DNA of 64,000 nt from Myxococcota bacterium (GTDB lineage Bacteria > Myxococcota_A > SURF-8 > G963663525), in contig CAXXVK010000043.1 of NCBI GenBank assembly GCA_963676915.2, forward strand, positions 96,001-160,000, given 5' to 3'. Of the stretch, positions 19,129-27,599 are shown piece after piece. The notes beneath the pieces are model-generated. The model was not told the origin of the DNA and searched no databases. It saw only the letters and a list, made by a program, of their open reading frames with translations. The position numbers and the translations under genes were made by a program. The first letter of the stretch is position 1, and the number at the start of each line of letters is the position of its first letter.

Positions 19129-22100
19129 TCAATCGACGATCACTCCCCATTCCACGGCGGTGAAACCTTCGCGAACGACGGGGAGAATCTCCGGTTGCGG
19201 GAGGCTCAAGGGGGCGTTTTCAGGGGAAATCACAAACCACAGCCTGAACAACGTTTCGGGAGTGGGGCTGATGTTGAGTCCTACCAGCGGATCGATGGAT
19301 TCAGCCGAAGTCAGTGGATAGATCGCGTAATAAGGTGCCGGGGGAAGGTGGGTGGTCCAGTAATCCACGAAATCGTAGGTTTCCGCGTTGGTCAGACCAT
19401 AGGAAGCCAGCGTAGAATTGAAGAAGTTTTCTAGCGATTCGGAAGCCACGGACCAGCCTTCGACCATCGGGAAACGGTGAGGGATTTCCGCTTCGTAGAA
19501 GAGATACCGGTACTGGCCGTCGATCAGGCCGTCCGGCGTGACTTCCACCGTCCAGCCGTTTGCATATTCGGGAATGGATTGCGTGATCTCACAACCGTAG
19601 TTCAGGTCGAGAGTCACCGTAACGTTTGTGGTTTCGGTGGGATAGAGGTAGAGGTTGGGTTTGTCTACCATCGCTTCGGAGGTCAGGGTCAGATCGAGCG
19701 TCGTGACCTGGCCGACCTGGATTTCTATATCCGTATGGCGGTCGCCCACTTCCCATTCGTTGCGGTCCGCCGTGATGGTGTAAGTTCCTGCATCCAATTC
19801 AAGCAGATAGTTTCCTTCACTGTCGCTGGTTGTTTCCGCTTGCAACTCGCCGTTCTGCCAGGCTGCGACGATGGCTCCTGCGGCCGGGCCGGTGTAAATC
19901 GGCGTTGTGGGGTCCATCTCGTATTCTTCAAGCGTTACCGAACCTTGAAGCGCTCCGGAATAGGATTGGACCGAATCGATTTTCTGGTACTCGATGATCG
20001 CCCGTCTCGTGCTTCGCGGTGCGGGATCAAGCGACAGTTCCAGCATATTGCCGGTGAAGAAATTCGGCCAGGGGTAGATCAGGAACGCTCCGTTGGAATA
20101 TTCCGGCAGCCAGTAATGGACGCTTTCGGCGAAGACACCGAAAAACGTATCGTGCCAGGTGTCCATGAAAACATCGGCTTCCGCTTCTGTCAGACCGGCA
20201 AAAAGCAATTGGTTTCGCAAGGTTGTGGCCAATTCCTCCCATTCCTCGGGAATGGCGAAATCGTCCTCGTTGAAACGATGGACCGGAATCACATTAACGA
20301 ATTCGAAACCCCAATTCAGGTTGGGAATTACAGCCCATGCCAGATCGGCTCCCACAATGTCGCATCCCGAGGGGTCGATGCATTCGCTTTTGGTATCCCG
20401 ATACAGGAAGATGGTTGGTCCGACACTTGTAACGAAATTGTTTCGGATGTCCAGACTCATCATAGGACCGTTTTCGGTTTCGATAAGGGTGGCCGTGCCG
20501 TCAAGAGGAGGATTGTATTCGGCGAAACGACCGGTGTAGAACAGCAGCTTGGAAACGGTGTCGTTGTAGGTCAGGCAGCTTGCATCGTCCACGACCCACT
20601 CGGGTAGCTGGTAGATTTCACGATCTTCCGGTTCGAATTCGTCGTAGTTGGGAGTCGGGGTCGGTGTGGTGGTGCATGCACCGTTGGAAACCTGCACGCC
20701 GTTCCAGGCGATTGACTGGCTGTTGGGAAGTTCCGGCCAGGTTTCGGTTGTGGTTCCCGTGGCGAATTCGACGCCGACGTTGAGCGTCATCGGGGCATCG
20801 GCGTAAATGTAAACCACCGGTTTGGCTGGAATCGCGCCCCAATAAAGTTCTGGACCGGCGGACATCCACGACGAACCGCTGCCGTTGCTGATATTGACAC
20901 CCCATTCGTGCAGGTCGTACCCCACCTGCTCGAAGCAATCGCCACCGCATTCTGCCATGTCTTCTTTGAAAGGAACGCAGATCGAGTCGTTGGGGCAATC
21001 ATCGTTGGTCATACATCCGTAATCTCCGATTCCGATGCAGGTTCCTACTCCATTAATGGACTGGCACAGCGAGCAGCCGTCGCAGTCGGCGTGAGTGGTG
21101 CACTGGGTAGCGCTGCAATTGGCCTTTGAAAACGTCGTGACACCGCACCAGTTGCAGGCAATGCCGAAGGTATTGGTATCGCCATCGTAGCTGCCTCCAC
21201 AGCCGATATCGTTCAGAGCAAGCGTCGTGTCTCCGCAACCCTGTTTCACGGCGGTGAAGGTCTGTCCGTTGAGCAGGTGGAAGATCAGGTCGTACGAGCA
21301 GTTTCCCGAGGCGGCGACTTCGATTTTCACGACCGATTCGCAGGTGTTTTGAGCGTCGGGGCAGAAGGTACCGTAAAACTCGTCGCAATCGCAGGACGGA
21401 TCGTCCTCGCAAACGCCGTAAGATCCATTGCGGTATGTGCAGGGGGCACCATCCGGGCAACTGTCGTTATCGCAACAGAACGGTGTTCCCTCCAGATCGG
21501 TGCCGTCTTCACAAGCGCCGTCGTCGTTGCAGAACCACCCTTGCTCGCAGTCGCACAGATGAGTGCAGGGAATCGGTTGAGGTTCGTTGCAGATGCTCAT
21601 GTCGCCGTTTCGGTATTGGCAAATCGCGCTGTCCGGGCAGTCCTGATTCTCACAGCAGAAGGGTACGCCGTCTCTCTCGTGGTCGTACTCACAGAATCCG
21701 TCATCGTTGCAGAACCATCCTTGATCACAGTCACAAAGATGGGTGCAGGAAGTTTGCTGGGCTTCGCAACGGTCGGCGGTGTTATCCCGAAAAACGCAAG
21801 GCGCGCCTTCGGTGCAACCTTCGTTTTCGCAGCAGAACGGCGTGCCGATGAGATCGGTTCCATCTTCGCAAACGCCGTCATCGTTACAGAACCATCCCTG
21901 ATCGCAGTCGCACAGGTGGGTGCAAGTGTCGGGCTGAGTTTCACCGCAGCGGCTGGCGGTGTCATCACGGAAAAGGCAGGGAGCGCCCTCGGTGCAGCCA
22001 GTATTTTCGCAGCAGAATGGCGTTCCTACCAGGCTGGTGCCATCCTCGCAGAACCCGTCGCTGTTGCAGAACCATCCCTGATCGCAGTCGCACAAGTGTG

Positions 22101-22269
22101 TGCAGGCGATTTGTTCGGGGGCGGTTTGTTCTTCTTCGTTACCAATTTCCTGTTCCGAAAGATCGTTGTCTCCCTGAATCGTCAGATCTGTCGATTCTTC
22201 GAAACAGCCGCTCAAAGCCACGATCAGGAAGCAGGTCCAGCCAAGCATCCACGTTTGGGTTCTCATCAT
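19129..22269 (-). CDS. Cys-rich repeat lipoprotein with two uncharacterised 'KP..Y.Y / EWG' domains separated by a carboxypeptidase-regulatory-like domain
   Basis: Lipobox LSG-C; four ~60-aa repeats CTHLCDC.QGWFCN.DG.CE; AKPVVYIY and DKPNLYLYP domains; GGAGGA RBS before 22269. Confidence 0.8.
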   Translation of the reverse strand: MMRTQTWMLGWTCFLIVALSGCFEESTDLTIQGDNDLSEQEIGNEEEQTAPEQIACTHLCDCDQGWFCNSDGFCEDGTSLVGTPFCCENTGCTEGAPCLFRDDTASRCGETQPDTCTHLCDCDQGWFCNDDGVCEDGTDLIGTPFCCENEGCTEGAPCVFRDNTADRCEAQQTSCTHLCDCDQGWFCNDDGFCEYDHERDGVPFCCENQDCPDSAICQYRNGDMSICNEPQPIPCTHLCDCEQGWFCNDDGACEDGTDLEGTPFCCDNDSCPDGAPCTYRNGSYGVCEDDPSCDCDEFYGTFCPDAQNTCESVVKIEVAASGNCSYDLIFHLLNGQTFTAVKQGCGDTTLALNDIGCGGSYDGDTNTFGIACNWCGVTTFSKANCSATQCTTHADCDGCSLCQSINGVGTCIGIGDYGCMTNDDCPNDSICVPFKEDMAECGGDCFEQVGYDLHEWGVNISNGSGSSWMSAGPELYWGAIPAKPVVYIYADAPMTLNVGVEFATGTTTETWPELPNSQSIAWNGVQVSNGACTTTPTPTPNYDEFEPEDREIYQLPEWVVDDASCLTYNDTVSKLLFYTGRFAEYNPPLDGTATLIETENGPMMSLDIRNNFVTSVGPTIFLYRDTKSECIDPSGCDIVGADLAWAVIPNLNWGFEFVNVIPVHRFNEDDFAIPEEWEELATTLRNQLLFAGLTEAEADVFMDTWHDTFFGVFAESVHYWLPEYSNGAFLIYPWPNFFTGNMLELSLDPAPRSTRRAIIEYQKIDSVQSYSGALQGSVTLEEYEMDPTTPIYTGPAAGAIVAAWQNGELQAETTSDSEGNYLLELDAGTYTITADRNEWEVGDRHTDIEIQVGQVTTLDLTLTSEAMVDKPNLYLYPTETTNVTVTLDLNYGCEITQSIPEYANGWTVEVTPDGLIDGQYRYLFYEAEIPHRFPMVEGWSVASESLENFFNSTLASYGLTNAETYDFVDYWTTHLPPAPYYAIYPLTSAESIDPLVGLNISPTPETLFRLWFVISPENAPLSLPQPEILPVVREGFTAVEWGVIVD

Positions 22270-22542
22270 TGTTCCTCCCCCGTTACGGTATCGGATCATC
22301 GTATTCATCGTTGGTTCGGTTTTCAGTACGACACAATACTATTTATTGCAAGCAAGATGCCTGCCAGGACTGAATTAGTGTCAATCGTATGATATTCTTC
22401 ATGAAATCCTACTCTTCGATAGGAAAAATGTAAACCGAAATTGACACGTTGCCCGATATTGATGAACAATATACGTTACACTGTTTCGAAAATATCTCGT
22501 TTCGATCGTTGATCCGTCTTTTTATCCCCCGGGAGCTGTTCG

Positions 22543-23052
22543 ATGTCTGGCGTGTATCATCCGGTTACCAAGAAAATCACCGATCTTTTAACGCAACACG
22601 GATGCTGGTTCGAGACTTTCGAACACGAAGCCGTCCGAACCAGCGAGCAAGCCGCCGCCACCCGAACGGGTTATGGTTTGGATCAAGGCGCCAAGGCGCT
22701 TGTGGTGCGTCTCAAAGCACGGGACAAGACGAAATCATTCGTAATGCTGGTGTTTCCGGCTCACTGCAAATTCGACAAAACCAGTGTCAAAAAGCATTTC
22801 GATGCCAAGGATATCCGCTTCGCCACAGCGGAAGAGATCACTACATTGACGGGTGGTGTGCTCCCCGGTGGAATACCGCCTTTCGGATCGCTGTTCGGGG
22901 CACAAACCTGTGTCGATCCAACCTTGTTCGAGCGAGAAAAAATCGTTTTCAACGCCGGAGATCGTCGTTTTTCGGTAGCCATGATGTCGGCAGACTACCG
23001 CCTCCTCGAAGAACCGGAAGTGTTCAACATCATTGCCGATTCAGATGTGTGA
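22543..23052 (+). CDS. YbaK/ProX-family aminoacyl-tRNA deacylase
   Basis: GAKALVV (conserved Lys), IRFAT.EE, TG...GGIPPFG, FNAG. Confidence 0.9.
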   Translation: MSGVYHPVTKKITDLLTQHGCWFETFEHEAVRTSEQAAATRTGYGLDQGAKALVVRLKARDKTKSFVMLVFPAHCKFDKTSVKKHFDAKDIRFATAEEITTLTGGVLPGGIPPFGSLFGAQTCVDPTLFEREKIVFNAGDRRFSVAMMSADYRLLEEPEVFNIIADSDV

Positions 23053-23056
23053 ATCG

Positions 23057-24367
23057 TTAAATAACGTCGCCGCCTGAAGGGATCTGGAGCGAAGCCAGTT
23101 CCTGCATGGGATTCTGACGGACGTTTTCCTCGGAAGGTAGCCAGACCCAGAAGGTGGAGCCGACGTTTTCTTCGGAATGTACGCCGATTTTTCCTTTGAA
23201 GCGTTCCACCAGTCGTTTGACGGTGGAAAGTCCCACGCCGGTACCCATTACCCGACTACCGATAGCGTTGCTGGCCCGGTAGAAATCTTTGAACAGCTTG
23301 GGTTTGTCCGCTTCGGGGATGCCGATGCCGGTATCGCTGATTTCGACCCGAACCCCTTGGTTTTCCTCGAAAACCCGTACGTTGACCTTGCCGCCGGGGC
23401 GGTTGTATTTGATGGCGTTGGTCAAAAGCTGAGAAAAGACGATCGGTAGCAGTTCGCAGTCGAATCGCACACGGGGTAAGGGAGGCTGAATCTGGGGGGC
23501 GATAGCCACGTTTCGCTGGCGTGCGTCGGCGTCGTGCTTGACGATCTGCATCTCGATGGCTTCGCCGATATCCTCTCCTCGGACCTCTCCTTTGGCCTTG
23601 CCTTCACGAACCATGTTCATGCTTAGCAGATCTTCAACCATTTCCGCCATACCCTGGCTTTTCATGTCGATATCGTCCAGCGTGGCTTGAATTTCGGGGC
23701 TTGGGTTTTCGGATAATCTTCGCAGGCGTGTCGCTGCGGCGCGGAAGGATTTCAACGGTCCTTTCAGATCGGTGACGAGACTGTTGATGTAGTTGGCTTC
23801 GTAGCTTCCGCTTTCTTCTCGGCGGTTCAATTCGTGCTCCAGGCGTGCTGCATAGAGAACGTAGGACGCGCGTTTGGCAAGCGTGCGCAGGTCTTCCATG
23901 GCCTGTTCACCCAGTCCCAGTGGAGCGCCGGAGTTGATCGACTGCATGACGCCGATGACTTCGCCCCGATAGCGGATCGGTACGGCGGCTACGTCGGTCG
24001 TGGTGTAGCCGCTGCGTTCATCGTAGCTGGGATCGAAGTTCAGATCGGGATCGATGATTGACAATTCGCCGTAGGCATCGGGGACGACCACTTCTTTTTT
24101 CTTGACGGCCACATAACCGGAAATCGTCACGAGATCGATGGGAACTCTCAACTCGAAAGGTTTCAGACCGACGGCTACGCGGCTGACCAATTCCTGACTG
24201 GCTTCGTCCACCCAGAACACCGTTGTACGGTCTGCGCCCGTAAGCGAGCAGGCGGCTTTGGCAATGATGGCCAGAACTTCCTCAAGGCGGTGATCTCCAC
24301 TGGCGGCTTCGGAAACATCTCGAAGCACTTCATAGCGGCTGGCCAGATTTCTTGTAGTATCCCCCAT
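23057..24367 (-). CDS. GAF-HisKA-HATPase_c sensor kinase-like protein lacking the phospho-acceptor His
   Basis: GAF (D.Y...F.P.YD..SGY.T, GV.Q.IN); H-box reads VTDLKGPL; N box LLTNAIKY, G1 DTGIGI, F box F..FYR, G2 GTGVGL. Confidence 0.88.
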   Translation of the reverse strand: MGDTTRNLASRYEVLRDVSEAASGDHRLEEVLAIIAKAACSLTGADRTTVFWVDEASQELVSRVAVGLKPFELRVPIDLVTISGYVAVKKKEVVVPDAYGELSIIDPDLNFDPSYDERSGYTTTDVAAVPIRYRGEVIGVMQSINSGAPLGLGEQAMEDLRTLAKRASYVLYAARLEHELNRREESGSYEANYINSLVTDLKGPLKSFRAAATRLRRLSENPSPEIQATLDDIDMKSQGMAEMVEDLLSMNMVREGKAKGEVRGEDIGEAIEMQIVKHDADARQRNVAIAPQIQPPLPRVRFDCELLPIVFSQLLTNAIKYNRPGGKVNVRVFEENQGVRVEISDTGIGIPEADKPKLFKDFYRASNAIGSRVMGTGVGLSTVKRLVERFKGKIGVHSEENVGSTFWVWLPSEENVRQNPMQELASLQIPSGGDVI

Positions 24368-24750
24368 GCGTCTCTCCCCTTTGCGATCGGGCGGCAACGG
24401 TAACGTGTTTCCCTTTATAACGGTGAAAACTGCCCACCGATTCAACGATACTAGATCCTACAACCAAACGACGGCATTATCAAGTCTCAACCCCGGCTTT
24501 TGAAAATGGAAGGAAAAAGCGAAAAAAGGAAGAAGAAAGCAAAAATTTTTCGTTTTTGTCCATTTTCAATGCGAAATTGTGCACGAGAAAATGATAACTC
24601 TTTCTACGTGCAAAATGGGATGGAAATTTGCCAAATTTTCATCGACCTGCTACGTTTTTTTTCTGTTAATTAAGACATGACATCATTCATTTGGGGCACG
24701 AAACCGTGGGTGCGGAAAATTGTCCCGAACCGAGACAAAAGGAGGAAGAG

Positions 24751-26484
24751 GTGGAGATCGAAACACGTAATGGCGTCCCGATGATGACGTTGGATCACTT
24801 TGATGGGGAGTACGCCGACCGCCACCTTTTGCATGGTCTGGTCGCCAAGTGGGCCGCCGAAAAACCCGAAGCTTTGGCGATGATCAACCACAACACCAAA
24901 GATCGGGTCACCTGGGAACGCTTCGAACAGACCACAACCGCCTTGGCCTTGAAACTGCTCGATATGGGATTCAAAAAAGGCGATTTCTTCGCCTCCTCGC
25001 TTCCCCTGCTGACCGAACATGTATTTCTGGAATACGCCTGTTTCAAAATCGGCGTTGTCTTCGTTCCTTTGGATCTTCGTTTGAAGGGACCGGAAGTGAT
25101 CCGCAGTCTGAGTTTGGTCAACGCCAAAGGATATGCCTTTTTAGGAAAAACCGAGCACGCCGATTTCAGCGAGTTGGGCAAAGCCGTCCAGCAAAATTGT
25201 CCTTTTGTCGAACATTTCGTGCAATTCTCCGTCCCGGAAGAAACCATCGAGGGTGCAACGAATGCTTTTGCGTTGGCCGAGGAAGCCAAGACGTTGGCGA
25301 TGGAGGTTTTAGCCAATCCTGCCGAAAGCTCTTTGCTGGCGACGTTCACGAAAACCCGCGATTCCATAGACGAAAAAGACGGTGCGTTGGTGATTTTCAC
25401 CACCGGTTCGACCGGGTACCCCAAACCGGCTCTGTTATCCCACCGTGGAATCACCTGTCAGAACATGTGCTTAGGTCACGGTTTCGGCATGAAAGAGGGC
25501 GACCGGATGCTGGTCAACCTTCCTCCGTCTCATGTGGGTTGCCAGACCGAACAGTTGATGACGATGTTCTTCTTCGGTGCTACCGCCGTCCTGCTGCACA
25601 TTTTCGATCCGGCGCTGTCGCTCGAAGCGATTCAGGAACATAAAATCTCGGCGTTCGGGCAGATTCCCGCACTGTTCAATCTCGAATGGCGCTTGCCCAA
25701 TTACGACGAGTACGACCTTTCTACCCTGAAATTCGCCTTGTATGGTGGACAACAGGTGTCTCGGCAGTTTCTCGAAAAACTGGCGACGATGGCCGAAGGC
25801 TTCGGTACGGGACTGGGACTTACGGAATCCAGCGGATTTTGCACCTATTCTCCACTTAATGGCACGGTGGACGACATCCTCGCCGGCGTCGGGTTCGACA
25901 TGCCGGTGTATCCGATGACGATTCGTAAGCCTATGAAAGGAGATGGATCGGCGGGTGACATCGTTCCCGATGGTGAAACGGGCAACATCTGTTTCTGTGG
26001 TCCTCAGAATTTCCTTTGCTATGTCGGTAACGACGAGGCAACGAAAAAGACGATTTCCAAAGACGGCGTTTTATACACTGGTGATTTGGGATATCGGGAC
26101 GAAAAAGGGCTGCACTTTGCCGGACGTGCCAAGCATGTTATCAAACCTAAAGGATATCAAGTGTTTCCGGCGCAGGTCGAGGAGCATTTCTGCAATCTGA
26201 AAGAGAAAGTCGCCAACGCCGCCGCCGTGGGGATCGAGCACGAGATTTTCTCCGAGGGTATCGTTTGTTTCGTCGAGAAAAAGCCCGGTGTCGAACTGAC
26301 GGTGGAAGAATTGCAGGCTCATGCCAAAGGAATCGCCGGATACATGCGTCCGTCCCATTACGAAATTCTCGAACCTGGAGAATTGCCCCTGAACCGCGTG
26401 GCGAAAACGGATTACGTCTTCTTGAAAGGTTCGGCCCAAAAACTGATCGAAGGACTTCGCTCCCAGGGTGGTTGGGATAAGTAA
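24751..26484 (+). CDS. Acyl-CoA synthetase (AMP-forming, class I adenylate-forming enzyme)
   Basis: IFTTGSTGYPK, GLGLTE, YTGDLG, GR.K..IK..G..V.P, terminal 'PLN...K'; GGAGGA RBS before the GTG at 24751. Confidence 0.92.
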   Translation: MEIETRNGVPMMTLDHFDGEYADRHLLHGLVAKWAAEKPEALAMINHNTKDRVTWERFEQTTTALALKLLDMGFKKGDFFASSLPLLTEHVFLEYACFKIGVVFVPLDLRLKGPEVIRSLSLVNAKGYAFLGKTEHADFSELGKAVQQNCPFVEHFVQFSVPEETIEGATNAFALAEEAKTLAMEVLANPAESSLLATFTKTRDSIDEKDGALVIFTTGSTGYPKPALLSHRGITCQNMCLGHGFGMKEGDRMLVNLPPSHVGCQTEQLMTMFFFGATAVLLHIFDPALSLEAIQEHKISAFGQIPALFNLEWRLPNYDEYDLSTLKFALYGGQQVSRQFLEKLATMAEGFGTGLGLTESSGFCTYSPLNGTVDDILAGVGFDMPVYPMTIRKPMKGDGSAGDIVPDGETGNICFCGPQNFLCYVGNDEATKKTISKDGVLYTGDLGYRDEKGLHFAGRAKHVIKPKGYQVFPAQVEEHFCNLKEKVANAAAVGIEHEIFSEGIVCFVEKKPGVELTVEELQAHAKGIAGYMRPSHYEILEPGELPLNRVAKTDYVFLKGSAQKLIEGLRSQGGWDK

Positions 26485-26564
26485 CGCTGCGTTTCGGGAG
26501 GACATGATCTGTTCTCCCGAATTCGTCCGAAATGCTTCAAATCGGTAGAAACCGGGAAAAACTC

Positions 26565-27434
26565 ATGCAGATCGATCCCAGCGTGGTCGGACATCGTATC
26601 GACGCCATTGAAAGAACTCTATCGTGGCGGGAAACCACCAATTATGCTGCGGCGGTAGGGGATGCCAATCCCCGTTTTCTGGACGATACCCAGCCTGGTG
26701 GATTGGTGGCGCATCCGTTGTTTGCCACCGCGTTGACCTGGCCGCTGATGGAAACGTTTCGTGAAAATCTCCCGCCGGGAGTGCCGGGAGAAGCGATTCT
26801 TTCGATGGTACATGCCTCCGAACGATTGACGTTGCATCGGGCGATTCGTCCCGGTGACAAGCTGACGATTTCCGGGCATATCGCGGATCGCATCGTGACT
26901 TCCGCCGGAACGCTGCTGGTGCTCGAAAGCCGTGGCGTCGATTCTCACGAAACGCCTGTATTTACCGAACAGGCCAACGTGCTGTTTCGGGGTGTCGGTG
27001 CGGATAAAGAATTGAAATCAAAGCAGAAAATAGAGAATCCTGTTTTTGGGAAAGAACCGGACTGGAGCCACGAACTTCCGATTTCTCCAACGTTGCCTTT
27101 TGTCTACGATGGTTGTTCGGACATCGTCTTTCCGATTCATACGTCGGTGGGATTCGCTAAGATGGTGGGATTGCCGGGAATTATCGTGCAGGGGACGGCG
27201 TTGCTGGCGCTTGCCGCGTCAGCTCTTATGGATCGTTGCGGCAGTGGAAATCCCGAGCGACTGTTGGAAATCGGTTGCGGATTTCGCTCGGTGGTCGTGC
27301 CGGATCAGACCGTATCTCTCAACGTCTGGGAGATATCTCAGGAGGACGGAACGGAGACAGTCGTCTTCGAAATGCTCGATGCCAACGGTAAAAAAGCGCT
27401 GATCGATGGCCACGCCCGGTTTTCCGCATCGTAA
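26565..27434 (+). CDS. Double hot-dog MaoC-like (R)-hydratase/dehydratase
   Basis: YA.AVGD.NP, MVHA.E, D..FPIH....FA...GLPG.I.QG. Confidence 0.85.
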   Translation: MQIDPSVVGHRIDAIERTLSWRETTNYAAAVGDANPRFLDDTQPGGLVAHPLFATALTWPLMETFRENLPPGVPGEAILSMVHASERLTLHRAIRPGDKLTISGHIADRIVTSAGTLLVLESRGVDSHETPVFTEQANVLFRGVGADKELKSKQKIENPVFGKEPDWSHELPISPTLPFVYDGCSDIVFPIHTSVGFAKMVGLPGIIVQGTALLALAASALMDRCGSGNPERLLEIGCGFRSVVVPDQTVSLNVWEISQEDGTETVVFEMLDANGKKALIDGHARFSAS

Positions 27435-27599
27435 AATCGATAGGAACGCCTTTTTCAATCAACATTTACACGAACCGTGGTGACGGTTTTCGTCCTATCC
27501 ATGAAAAAAACCATGGCGATGTTTGCCGGTTTTTCATACCGTAATGCGTAATGTGAAATCGTGACTGTGAATACTGCTGAAAAACACAAGGAATTCTCG

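Noticed and set aside
21390-22110. Possible CRISPR-like repeated DNA
   Set aside because: Repeats have a period of about 180 nt, are in frame and coding, with homologous rather than unique spacers; no cas genes.
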